In this document: positions 1-12,222 of the stretch, in pieces
Layout of the letters: each line of letters begins with the position of its first letter
How positions within the stretch are numbered: position 1 is the first letter of the stretch
Source: Octopus sinensis
Lineage: Eukaryota
Assembly: GCF_006345805.1 (NCBI RefSeq)
Contig: NC_042998.1
Coordinates: 175,770,001-175,834,000 of the forward strand
Length of the DNA: 64,000 nt
Direction of reading: 5' to 3'
Notes under the pieces: generated by a model
The model's input: the letters and a program-made list of their open reading frames with translations, nothing else
Database searches by the model: none
What the model was told of the DNA's origin: nothing
Translations under genes and position numbers: made by a program

Positions 1-300
1 ATCGGCCTCTTTTAACGAACCTCTAAGTTACGGGTACGTAAACACACCAGCATCGGTTGTCAAGCGATGTTGGGGGGACAAACACAGACACACAAACATA
101 CACACACATACATACATATATATACATATACACATATATACGACGGGCTTTTTTCTGTTTCCGTCTACCAAATCCACTCACAAGGCTTTGGTCGGCCCGA
201 GGTTATAGTAGAAAACGCCCAAGGTGCCACGCAGTGGGCATGAACCCGGAACCATGTGACTAGTAAGCAAGCTTCTTACCACACAGCCACTCCTGCGCCT
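1..300 (-). mobile_element. tRNA-derived SINE, family B (3' end cut by window edge), with internal CA/TA microsatellite
   Basis: Minus strand reads gcaggagtggctgtgtggtaag (A-box-like), ggttccgggttc (B-box-like), gcaccttgggc, gaagcccgtcg, then a microsatellite and the conserved tail. Same layout as about 10 other copies. Confidence 0.85.
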
Positions 301-540
301 ATAAATTAATTAATAAAAAGTTAATAGCTTTTGAAGTTAGCAGATTTGGGGTAATTTTAGCTAGTCGAAAACCACAGATATATTGGTGCCTGTTTCCAAG
401 CCAAGCTGTTTTGTAGCTTGCTGACTCGTCAGTAGCATTGTGGTTTCCTGCTTGTACCCGTCTATTACTGTCGCTGTGGGATCCACCCTTCTATGGTTGA
501 TTCATATTTCTGCGAGTTAATATGGCTCATGAGATATGAA

Positions 541-1072
541 AATTGGGCAGAATGCTGACTTAAGCACTCATAACTTTTTAAAAAAAAGTTTTGGAATCTT
601 CAGAAAATTTTTGCGAATTTTATGTTCTACACACGGGAATTTATACGATTATGAAAAAAAAAGTGTGTGATTTAAAGGTGATTTAGCTGTTGCTTTAGCA
701 CAACTCACGACCACCTGATACCTTCCTCGTTTCTTTGTCACTCCGACATGTATTGATGTTTTCAATACCCTTTTCTCTATAATATCATTAAACTGAACGA
801 TGATGCACTCAAGTGTGGTCTACAGCTGGGATTTAAGCAAACAATTCGGAGTGTCCTTATTTTAAACCCTGATTTTTAAAAATTTCGAAAACAGTGGAAT
901 TTGAAGAGTTTATTGGGTTGATGGTTAAAGAAATTATTAGTATTTTTTTTGCATAATTGTATGAATTCCTGTGTCTAGAATAGAAATTCGCGAAAATTTT
1001 CTGTAGATTCCAAAAACTAAAATAGTTCTGGGGGCTTATGGGGTGCTTAAACCAGAATTCCGCCGAAAATTG
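541..1072. repeat. Imperfect inverted repeat; arms about 541-662 and 943-1072, spacer about 280 bp
   Basis: The reverse complement of ttttggaatcttcagaaaatttttgcgaattttatgttctacacacgggaatttatacgattatg matches cataattgtatgaattcctgtgtctagaatagaaattcgcgaaaattttctgtagattccaaaa. Confidence 0.7.
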
Positions 1073-1172
1073 TAATTTGTTTGACAAACTCCAAGAGTTG
1101 AATTACTAAAAAAAAAAAAAAAAGTTTTTTTGTAATTTAACGTTTAATTTCAGTTTATGTATTTGTGTGTGC

Positions 1173-1221
<49 letters not shown>

Positions 1222-1473
1222 TTTTCGCATTACATGCCTGTCCGAACATTTCACATGACTTTATTCTTTAAAACTCGTTAAAACTTCCATCGTTGAATGT
1301 TTCGTTGTCGAAATGTTGTCATCAGTCGTCGTAATGTTACATCACGCACAAAATGGATTTGGTCTCAAAACAGAATGATGCAACAAAATACTGCAAGACA
1401 TTTTGCCCAATGCGCCAACGATTCTGGTAATTCGCTGCCCTTAATTATCTTTAATTTAGACACAATCTTTTAA

Positions 1474-2101
1474 GGCAGCAAGTTTTCACACCGGGCGAAA
1501 TGCTTAGCGGTATTTCGTCTGCCGTTACGTTGTGAGAACGTTAGCACGCCGGGCGAAATGCTTTGCGGTATTTCGTCTGCTGTTACGTTCTGAGTTCAAA
1601 TTCCGCCGAGGTCGACTTTGCCTTTCATCATTTCGGGGTCGATTAAATAAGTACTAGTTACGCACTGGGGTCGATGTAATCGACTTAATCCGTTTGTCTG
1701 TCCTTGTTTGTCCCGTCTGTGTTTAGCCCCTTGTGGGTAGTAAAGAAATAGGTATTTCGTTTGCCGTTATGTTGTGAGTTCAAATTCAGCCGAGGTCGAC
1801 TTTGCCTTTCGTCCTTTCGGGAGTCGATTAAATAAGTACCAGTTACGCACTGGAGTCGATGTAATCGGCTTAATCCGTGTGTCTGTCCTTGTTTGTCCCC
1901 TCTGTGTTTAGCCCCTTGTGGGTAATAAAGAAATAGGTATTTCGTCCATCTTTACGTTCCGAGTTCAAATTCCGCCGAGGTCGACTTTGCCGTTCATTCT
2001 TTCAAGGTCGATAACATAAGTACCAGTTGAACATTGGAGTCGAAGTAATCGTCTTAACTCCGCCATCGAAATTGCTGGCCTTGTGCCACACATTTGAAAC
2101 C
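1474..2101 (+). mobile_element. SINE family A head-to-tail concatemer (head plus three bodies)
   Basis: B-box gagttcaaattcc and the central gcctttcatcctttcggggtcga module occur three times. Junctions gaaataggtatttc at 1745 and 1930. Confidence 0.9.
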
Positions 2102-2836
2102 AATTCAAGCGCAATTTTGAGGGAGGCTGCAATATTCGATTATAACGAAAAATTATAAATACTTGACTGGTACCTTACTTTATCGATTCCAAAAGGTGAC
2201 ATATGAACTCTGAGCATACGAAGCTGGAACAAATACGGAAAAGCATTTTCTTCGACGTTCCAACGATTCGGACATTTCATCCACCTCTCCAATAATTTCA
2301 GCAGTTTTTGAGGCTGTGTGTGTGGGTGGGGGAGTCGATTACATTGATTCCAGTACTTGACTGGAAACTTATTCTATCGACCTCAGAGGGATGAAAGACC
2401 TCGGTGAGATTTGAAATCAAAACGTGAAGAAATTTCAATCAAATACAGCAAGGTATTTTGTTAGAGAATAACTGTTTCGGTCACAGAACCTGAAATTTGA
2501 TCATTTTTAAATGTACGTGTTTAGATTTTTGTGACAAGGATTCAAAAACATAGCTACTGTTGACAGATGCGGTTGGTTGTTTGGATTACGAGATGACGGA
2601 ACGACGAATGACATCCTGTTGTTACCAACACCGATCCACTTGTATGGCTTGATCAATTAACTTGTCTCGCTGTCTCAGTTTATGTTGCTATAAATATATT
2701 TTTTATAACTCCACTACTTCTGTATAAGAGTAGGAGAATCTATTTATAACGTGATCCACCCAAAACGTTAGTTATTCTCTAAACGGTCTACGACTAATTT
2801 TTGAGACGAATGAGCCAGTAATACTACGTGTCACTC

Positions 2837-2884
<48 letters not shown>

Positions 2885-2894
2885 CTTTTCTATT

Positions 2895-3318
2895 AAAGAC
2901 ACAAGGTGGGGGTGGAGCTAAGTCGATTACATCGAAACTAGTGCTCAACTGGTACTTATTTTATCGACTCCGAAAGCATGAAAGGTAACGTCGACTTTGG
3001 TGGAATTTCAACTGAGAACGCAAAAACGGACGAAATGCCGCTAAGCATTTTAATCCGGCGTGCTACCAGTTCTGCCACCTGACTATCTTAATAATAATAA
3101 TAATTCTTTCTTCTGGAAGCACAAGGCCTCAAATTTGGGGGAAGGGATTAAGACGATTACATCGAATCAGTGCGTAACTGGTACTTATTTTATCGACCCC
3201 GAAAGGATGAAAGGTAAAGTCGATTTCGGCGTAATTTGAACTCAGAACGTGCAGACAGACCAAGTGCCGCAAAGCATTTCGCCCTGCGTGCTAACGATTC
3301 TATCAGCTCGCCACCTTT
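2895..3318 (-). mobile_element. Two degenerate SINE A copies (about 2895-3085 and 3125-3318)
   Basis: Reverse-complement matches to the SINE A head (gccagctcgcc, gaaatgccgctaagcattt) and the central module. Confidence 0.75.
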
Positions 3319-3329
3319 TACATAATAAT

Positions 3330-3361
<32 letters not shown>

Positions 3362-3363
<2 letters not shown>

Positions 3364-3918
3364 GCCCTGATGCAGTACCAGGCAGTGGCTCTCATGGCTT
3401 CTGATCTTAACTGATTGGAAATGTTATCATGTACATTGTTCTGTCTTGGTATAAAAGATGGGCTACAGCAAATATTCTGCTCAATACCACAGCTTTGCTT
3501 GTCAGTTGTTTGACCTTAACCAGTTGAGCATGTCCCTTAGTGGCTGACGATATGTGCATCTCTGATCACGAGCAGAAGTAGTGGGGGAGCATCATAGCCA
3601 TGTGTTGAGAGGGATTCTTTGGGGTTTGAATAATTCACCTCTGGTGACATGGGTGGTTTTTTCAACATCCTTAAACAACCCTTATTCAGGGACCGTTTGA
3701 GCGGGATGGGCTACTCAACCTGAAGAAAATTCTAACTGGGCCCCCACCTGCAAGGTCATGTGCAGTTTATTTTGATATGAGATCACCATGTCGCGCACAT
3801 ATGGTTGTGATGCATGTGCCTGGTGTGCTCTTATCAGACGGGTAGTCATGATGGGTATATTGGGCTTCGTATATTTTACCCCAGTGTCACTTTGATGGCA
3901 TGAACTGCTCTCTCACTC

Positions 3919-3971
<53 letters not shown>
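3362..3971 (+). mobile_element. Dispersed ~555-bp retroposon-like repeat (family E) with (TAA)n tail
   Basis: Colinear end to end with 62068-62666: same start aatgccctgatgcagtacc, same end ctctctcactcaa followed by (taa)n. Confidence 0.8.
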
Positions 3972-3973
<2 letters not shown>

Positions 3974-3974
3974 G

Positions 3975-4175
3975 TTTTAAATTTTGGTACAAGACTAGCA
4001 ATTTTAGGTGAGGGGGAATAAATCAATTAGCTCGACCCCAGTGTTCAACTGGTACTTACTTTATCGACCCCGAAAGGATGAAAACTAAAGTCGGTTTCGG
4101 AGGCATTTGAACCCAGGACATAAAGTCGGAAGAAATACTGCTAAGCATTTTGACCGTCGCTCTAACGATTCTTCT
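3975..4175 (-). mobile_element. Degenerate SINE A
   Basis: Contains ctggtacttactttatcgaccccgaaaggatgaaa and gaaatactgctaagcattt. Confidence 0.7.
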
Positions 4176-4534
4176 AGAGACCATAATCAAACTTATCCGA
4201 ATATTTTACTGGTACGTGTCGAACCAAAAAGGAAACCACTACATAGCCTTTCCATCGATTAGAAATAGCAGTCAAATCTCTCCCAAACCATACTTTAAAA
4301 TAGAGACACATTTCCATTGTGTAATTTTAGATACAGGAAGACTGGGATACACAGGTGTACTTGCTCAAGATTGACCATGGGCTAAACAGTAGCAACAGCA
4401 ACTGGTACTAATAATATCCAGCCTGGAAGAATAAACGTCAAAGTTGACCTCTTCTAGGTTTGAACTTGTGAAGTTTGTAAACTTCTATCACATGGAATCC
4501 ACATCCGGAAACTGATTGAAATTAGTTAACATAA

Positions 4535-4670
4535 GCGCAGGAGTGGCTTACCAACCACATAGTTCCGGGTTTAGTCCTACTGCGTGGCACTTTGGGCAGC
4601 CGACCAAAGCCTTGTGAGTGGATTTGGTTGACGGAAATTGAAAGAAGCCCCGACGTATGTGTGTGTGTGT

Positions 4671-4703
<33 letters not shown>

Positions 4704-4945
4704 ATGTGTGCGTGTGTGTGCGTGCGTGTGTGTATATGTTTGTGGTATCTGCGTTGGTCCCCCACAACATCACTTGACAACCGATGCTGGTGAGTTTACG
4801 TCACCCGTAACTTAGCGGTTCGGCAAAAAAGCCCGATAGAATAAGTACTGGAGTCGAATAAGTGTTGGGCTCGATTTGCTCGACTAAAAGGCGGTGCTCC
4901 AGCGTGGCTGCAGTCATATGACTGAAACAAATAAAAGAATAAGAC
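4535..4945 (+). mobile_element. SINE family B with internal (TG)n
   Basis: gcgcaggagtggct head, internal microsatellite, tail ending gcagtcatatgactgaaacaaataaaag. Confidence 0.85.
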
Positions 4946-5308
4946 TATGACTAATGATAAGAAATAATAAATAAGTTAAGTTTTTAAATAAAAAAAATTC
5001 CTTCTTGGTTACTAATAAATAAAGAAGGCGTGGCTGTGTGGTAAGTAGCTTGCTTCCCGACCACATGGTTGTAAGGGGATTCAGTAGAGGGAAGCTGGAA
5101 GAAGCCAGTCGTATGTATTTATGTGTGTGTGTGTGTGTGTTTCTGTCTATTTGTCCCCCTTCACCGTTTGACAAGTGATGCTAGTGTGCCCCAGCATGGC
5201 TGCGGTCTAATGTCAAACAAGTGAAAAATAAAAGATAAACACATTAAAAATATATTAAAGACGCTGGAGTGTCTATATGGAAGGAAATTTGCTTCCCAGC
5301 TATATATA

Positions 5309-5532
5309 TTTCTTTATTACCCACAAGAAGCAAAACATAGAGGGGACAAACAAGGACAAAGTATTAAGTCGATTATATCTACATCAATGCGTCACTGGTA
5401 CTTAATTTATCGACCCCGAAAGGACGAAAGGCAAAGTCGACCTCGGCGGAATTTGAACTGAGAACGTAACGGCAGACGAAATACGGCTACGCATTTCGCC
5501 CGGCCTGCTAACGTTTCTGCCAGCTCGCCGCC
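5309..5532 (-). mobile_element. SINE A nested in a degenerate SINE-B-like head
   Basis: Complete head and tail. Flanking near-duplication ccca(g/a)ctatata at about 5295 and 5536. Confidence 0.8.
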
Positions 5533-5668
5533 TATACCCAACTATATAGTTCTGAATTCAGTCTCAGTGTGGCACTCTGGCCAAATGTGTTCTACTATAA
5601 CCCTGGGCTGACCAAAAACCTTGTGAGCGGATCTGGTGGGTGGCAAATGAATAAGTCCGCTATATATA

Positions 5669-6931
5669 TATCAGGTCATCCCATAAGTTCTGTCCGAATT
5701 TTGAATAAAGAAAACAAGTGATCAAATGTTATACTTAATCGAAATTTAATCATCAATGTACTTTCCCTGATTATCTATGACTTCCTTCCATCTACTTACA
5801 AGCTTTTTAAGCCAATCAATGTAAAACTCTTTTGGTTTCTAAGCGAACAACTCTGAAATGTCAGTTTCGACCTCCTCCTGGCTTGCGAAAGTTATGTCCC
5901 CCAAATGATTCTGTAAACTACGAAACAAATGGTAGTCTGAAGGAGCAAGGTCGGGAGAATAAGGTGGATGAGGAATTTTTTCCCAAGTTCTTCGACCTTC
6001 TGTGTGTGGGTTGCGCATTGTTCTCATGAAACATCACTCCATTTCGATTCACTAAAGCAGGTCTCTTTTCCTTCAAAGTTTGGTTGAAATACTCTAATTG
6101 CTGACAGTAGACTTGGGCTTTGATTGTTGCATTAGGTGGTAACAATTCAAAGTGAGTTACTCCTTTACAATCCCACCGGATAGAGAGAAGAACCTTTTCC
6201 CCATAAAGTTCCCTTCTCGGTTGTGGTTGAACTTTTTCCTTTTTACCAAGCCACTGTTTACAACGTTTAACATTTCGATAGAAGATCCACTTTTCGTCAC
6301 CAGTCACAATTCTATCCAAAAAGGGTGAAATGAGTTCGCGGGAATGGAAAGAAGAGCAGATGTCAAGTCGAGATTTGCGGTTGTTTTCGGACAATTCATG
6401 AGGCACCCATTTTCCAAGTTTAGGAACCTTTCCAAGTTGTTGAAGATGACGATGAACAGTTGTGTGGTTTGAACTAAGCTTTATTGCCAAATTCTTCAAC
6501 TGATAATGCAGGATTTTATTCAAGTAATACCTTAAGGAGCTTATCATCAAACTCAACGGGAAGTCCTGTTGGATCTTCATCTTTGAGGTTGAAATCTCCA
6601 CTTCTGAATTTTGCAAACCATCTTTGATTCAAGCATTCTTTCCCATAATCTGAGTGTATATTTCGAGTTGCTCGGCTGCAGAGTTTCCTTTTATTGTACT
6701 CATAAAGCATTATGTGCCTCAAATGCTCTTTGGATACTTCCATGTTAGAAAGGGTTTTAATCAAAGAAATTTTAATTCTGTTATTCTGTAAAATAATTTT
6801 TAATTAGTTTAAATGTACACAAATGCATAAAAATAATTTTAAATTCCATTAGATATTCTAAAATGCTATTAAATTTTATTCAATTAAAAAAAAGATAAAA
6901 TCGAACTGAACTTATGAGAGGATCTGTTATA
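5669..6931 (-). mobile_element. Full-length decayed mariner DNA transposon
   Basis: Imperfect TIRs tatcaggtcatcccataagttctgtccgaatttt and aaaatcgaactgaacttatgagaggatctgtta, TA flanks, about 1.26 kb. Confidence 0.95.
5839..6764 (-). pseudogene. Frameshifted mariner (DD34D) transposase
   Basis: Three ORF pieces carry the HTH region (RWFAKFRSGDF), WVPHEL, IVTGDEKW, HENNAQP and HPPYSPDLAPSDYHLF. Confidence 0.95.
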
Positions 6932-6986
6932 CTTATGCATACAATCATACATACATACACACACGCACACACACACACACACATAC

Positions 6987-7037
<51 letters not shown>

Positions 7038-7529
7038 CTTACTTAGAAATGGATGCGTGGCGTTCAATTAAGTAATAATATAAATTATACACACACACAC
7101 ACACACATGCATATATGGGTACAGGACTTCACCAACTGTGTAAGCAACATGAAATACATAAACAAACGAGTTAAATACGCAAACAACGTGAGGAAAAATG
7201 GAAAACAGGAAAGTAAGCACAGAGAAACAACTCTTCATCAGTTGTCGGCTGTCTATTTAATCCTCATTTCGAGCATTCAACGATAATATGACAACTTCAA
7301 AGACAGTTGCTCCCATAAATTCTAAAATAAAATTTAGGATTTACGGAGAGTCAAAGTTGAGAACAAAAACATGACAGTGGAGACATACAAGGAAACCGAA
7401 CAAAAACAAACATGGAGGATCGTTGGACCAGGACGAGAGGAAAATAGTGAACGCCGGGACAAATATTTTCCTTGAAAAGAAAGATGGCCACGTGAAGAAA
7501 AGAAAGATGGACGATGGTCACGTGTGACC

Positions 7530-7587
<58 letters not shown>

Positions 7588-7768
7588 GAGAGAGAGACAG
7601 AAAAAAGAGAAAGAGGGAGAGAGAGAGAGAGAGAGAGAAGAAAACGGTGAAAGAGGGAGGGAAGAAAGAGGGAATTAGAAAAGATGGAGGGAGAAAACAG
7701 TATAGAGTAGAATGGCATCAAACGGTGAAGATAAACTTGCTTGGAAATGGATGCGTGGTGTTCAATTA

Positions 7769-7849
<81 letters not shown>

Positions 7850-7864
7850 TATATATATATATAT

Positions 7865-9290
7865 GCATCTTCACCTTAAACCTATTCTCCAACATATACG
7901 AAGCTTTATAAGAGATGATCTGGACTTTTTAAAGTATCTCCCGAGCAAAACCAGCAAGGACTCCCTTCTGGTTTCATTCGATGTAATAAACCTCTACACC
8001 TCGATTCCTCACGAATTCGGAATAATAGCCAAACAATACTGACTTGAAAAATTCTCAAATGACTTTCCTGACCAAATTGGAAAAGAATTCATCGTTGAAG
8101 GAATAAGGTTCATTCTACAGAACAACTTCTTCAATTTCAACGAAAACCCTTATAGACAAAAATCGGGCACGGTGATGGGAACGAGAGTAGCACCTACTTT
8201 TGCCAACCTTGTCATGGCATACTTGGAAGTCCAAATATACGAACACGCAAGATTAAAATTTGGGGAAAATTTCCAAAAATACCTACTTACCAACTGGAAA
8301 CGCTATCTGGATGACTGTTTCATCCTTTGGCCGCATAACATTGAACAACTCACAGAATTTAAAAACTTAATCAACAGCATTGATCAGAGTATCCAATTCA
8401 CTATGGAATACAACCACCAACAACTACCCTTCCCGGCCATCTTAATAATAAAGAGAGATACTAAGATTGAAACCGACATCTTCTTCAAACCATCGGTCTC
8501 AAAACAATATCTTCTATTCTCCTCCTGCCACCCAAAACATACTAAAATAAATATATCGTTTAACTTAGCTGGAAGAATTTGCACGATTGCATCATATCCT
8601 GAAACCCGAGAAAAGCGACTCCAAGAACTTAAAAACACATTACTAGATAGAAAATACCCGGCCAATCTAATAAAAAACGGAATAGAATGCGCAAAAATGA
8701 TAGACAACCAAGAATTACGGAAAACAAGAAGGCACCATGACACACTGAAAACTTTATCTTTCATATCAACACACACTCTGAGGAACATGGAAGCATAAAA
8801 CATCACCCACCAAAATATACCCCTCCATATGAAGGACCCACGAATAGAAAAGGCACTGGAAATACTGGATTATTAAAAGCAAAAGACAACCGCAATCCCT
8901 AAAAAAAGTTATTCACCAGCGCCAAATTACCCACCAAAAATACAACCTCATTAGCCAAATACGCAACCGCCCTAACTGCAGAACTTGCATCTTCCTCTTA
9001 GAGGGCTCAACATACAAATTTAGGTCAGGTCAAAGTTTTACTATTAAAAAATCACTTCCCCTGTGCTTTGAAGAACTTAGTCTATGTTCCCAAATGTGGA
9101 GAGTGTGGTGGAGACTACATAGGTCAAATTAGTTTAACCTTGAGGGACAGACTAATTCCCGTAAGCAAACATCTAGACCAATGCCCTGTAAATATAAACC
9201 TGAAATACCAAATCTTCCCTCTCTATCAACCCAATTCCGTTTAAATAAGGAAAGTGTATTCATTAAAAAATATAAAGCACAGCTTTAGAA
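7865..9290 (+). mobile_element. 5'-truncated Penelope-like element (RT + GIY-YIG, Cys-containing linker)
   Basis: LVSFDVINLYTSIPH, MGTRVAPTFANLVM, RYLDDCF, QYLLFSSCHPKH, then KNLVYVPKCGECGGDYIGQ. Stops and frameshifts present. Confidence 0.92.
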
Positions 9291-9807
9291 AGAAGAAAAA
9301 ACACTAAAGAGAAAAAGGGAAAAAGGTTCAATTTCTCCACAAAAACAAAAATAATAACTAGGAACAACAAACAATTTTAAATACTTTAGTAAAAGTCTTC
9401 CACCCGGGTTTCGAAACTGCAACTCCAAATCACCATACAAACACCAATTGCCGACGTCACCTATGTCTAGACCAATGAAATTTTACAAACGCTAGTTGCT
9501 GACGTCGCCTAACTCTAGACCAATCGAAACCGAACATCAGCAAATACAACAAAATGACACTTTAAGAGAATCAATCAACCGGAAGGACTGATGCCCGTAC
9601 CCCACAAGGAAGCCAACCAGGCAGAACGACAAACTTGACAACCAGAAAAACAAGACGCACCTGTACTTTAATGAATAAAAAATCAGATCCGCTCGCGGAA
9701 TAAATTATAAATACACCGGATTCCAAAGCACATCGCTACAAGCAAAAGTTCCTACGCACGACGAAAAGAGGATCAGAGAAAGTAAACCAAATCCCCTTTT
9801 TTACTAT

Positions 9808-10217
9808 CTCTTTTACTCTTTTACTTGTTTCAGTCATTTGACTGCGGCCATGCTGGAGCACCGCCTTTAGACGAGCAAATCGACCCCGGGACTTATTCTT
9901 TGTAAGCCCAGTACTTATTCTATCGGTCTCTTTTGCCTAACCGCTAAGTGACGGGGACGTAAGCACACCAGCATCGGCTGTCAAGCAATGCTAGGGGGAC
10001 AAACATAGACACACAAACACACACACACATGCATACATATATATACATATATACGACAGGCTTCTTTCAGTTTCCGTCTACCAAATCCACTCACAAGGCA
10101 TTGGTCGGCCCGGGGCTATAGCAGAAGACACTTGCCCAAGGTGCCACGCAGTGGGACTGAACCCGGAACCATGTGGTTGGTTAGCAAGCTACTTACCACA
10201 CAGCCACTCCTGCGCCT
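9808..10217 (-). mobile_element. Full-length SINE family B
   Basis: Complete head, internal CA/TA tract and (CTCTTTTA)n tail. Confidence 0.9.
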
Positions 10218-10659
10218 ATCTCCATTTTTCCCTTGTCTTTTTCCCTCTTAACTCAGTATGATTAAAAATTTTATGATATTCATTTCTTGTCGATTACTAC
10301 TAACACTAATGAGCTTTGTACATTCAAATAAATTGATGCACAGGTCTAATATTATTGACTGTTATGAACATTTAGACTTGTCGACATCGAAATTTCTGAA
10401 CATGTTTTCCTAATTCAATGTTCTAAATTTGTCTGTTACGAACATTTTAATTTGTCAACATTGAAACTTTTAATGCTGTTTTTCTGATTCATAATTTAAA
10501 ACTTTTACCATTGATAAACAAAACGTATTGTTGAAACTTATTTGGTATATATGTAAATAAATTTATTTCAAGCAATTACAAGTTTTTCAAATTTAGGTGC
10601 ATTTTCAACAACAAATTTGCCTTTATTTTTTCCTGCGTGGAAATACACCCCCTCTTTTG

Positions 10660-10702
<43 letters not shown>

Positions 10703-10809
10703 ATTTAGTTGAATTAGATACTTAAGTTAAAGCACTAAGTCAGTCCGGTATTATCCGCATACCTCGAAGTAAGGTGAGTAAAATCAAAATAAGCAACAGA
10801 ATATCAAAT

Positions 10810-10894
10810 GCAGTACGACCGTTTCTAGCGACTCCATTTAATTGAACAATGCATTCATTACATCAGTTTAAATGCAGTGCTATCTTCAGTTGCC
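10810..10894 (-). ncRNA. Type I hammerhead ribozyme motif with extended helix II (copy 1)
   Basis: Minus strand: GCAA-CUGAAGA-UAGC ACUGCAUUUAA...UUAAAUGGAGU C GCUA-GAAA-CGGUCGUA^CUGC. The core is intact; helix I has an A.C mismatch. Confidence 0.65.
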
Positions 10895-11221
10895 CAAATA
10901 AGTGGAATTTTATCAAGTAGGACACATTAATATAATTTTTCTTAAATAATTTAACAGAGTAAAAAGATGGAGGAAATTCATGCTGTCGTTGTTGTAGCTA
11001 GGAATAGACTACAACTTATAGGAATCACATGGAGTATAGTGGAGCCATTGGATTGTAAGGGTTGTAATTCATTTCTAATTCATATATCTCTTTATCAGCT
11101 AATAAATCTGAGCCTAGACGACTGTGTCTATCTTAAATAAAAGAAAAGAGTGAGTTGACAGCTCATGACTAGGTATGGCCATAAATATTATATTACAACC
11201 CTCACAACCCTATGACCCCAC

Positions 11222-11254
<33 letters not shown>

Positions 11255-11389
11255 ATATATATATAATATATATATATATAAGATTTAGTTGAATTAGATA
11301 CTTAAGTTAAAGCACTAAGTCAGTCCGGTATTATCCGCATACCTCGAAGTAAGGTGAGTAAAATCAAAATAAGCAACAGAATATCAAAT

Positions 11390-11474
11390 GCAGTACGACC
11401 GTTTCTAGCGACTCCATTTAATTGAACAATGCATTCATTACATCAGTTTAAATGCAGTGCTATCTTCAGTTGCC
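11390..11474 (-). ncRNA. Type I hammerhead ribozyme motif (copy 2)
   Basis: Identical to 10810-10894, offset by 580 bp. Confidence 0.65.
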
Positions 11475-11798
11475 CAAATAAGTGGAATTTTATCAAGTAG
11501 GACACATTAATATAATTTTTCTTAAATAATTTAACAGAGTAAAAAGATGGAGGAAATTCATGCTGTCGTTGTTGTAGCTAGGAATAGACTACAACTTATA
11601 GGAATCACATGGAGTATAGTGGAGCCATTGGATTGTAAGGGTTGTAATTCATTTCTAATTCATATATCTCTTTATCAGCTAATAAATCTGAGCCTAGACG
11701 ACTGTGTCTATCTTAAATAAAAGAAAAGAGTGAGTTGACAGCTCATGACTAGGTATGGCCATAAATATTATATTACAACCCTCACAACCCTATGACCC

Positions 11799-11868
<70 letters not shown>

Positions 11869-11930
11869 GTGTGTGTGTGTGTGTGTGTGTGGTGTGTGTG
11901 TGTGTGTGTGTGTGGTGTGTGTGTGTGTGT

Positions 11931-12159
11931 GTATTTGTGTGTCTGTGTTTGTCCCCACTATCGCTTGACAACCGATATTGGTGTGTTTACGTTCATGCAA
12001 CTTAACGGTTCGGCAAAAGAGATCGATAGAATAAGTACTAGGCTTTCAAAGAATAAGTCCTGGGGTCAGTTCGTTCCACTAAAGATGATGCTACAGCATG
12101 GCCGCAGTCAAATGACTGAAACAAGTAACAGAATAAAAGTAAAAGAATACACACACATG

Positions 12160-12222
<63 letters not shown>

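Larger units (their letters stand above)
10701..11802. repeat. Tandem duplication of a ~522-bp unit plus (TA)n, period 580 bp
   Basis: 10701-11222 and 11281-11802 appear identical. Each is bounded by TA tracts. Confidence 0.95.

Noticed and set aside
7231-7274. Hammerhead with halves in permuted order (GCUC-GAAA...CUGAUGA-AGAG, minus strand)
   Set aside because: No convincing helix I or III between the halves. It is probably a Penelope-related relic but is not supportable as a ribozyme.
8384-8806. 140-aa minus-strand ORF (likewise 41328-41888 and 56598-57270 on plus)
   Set aside because: Antisense shadows of transposon ORFs.
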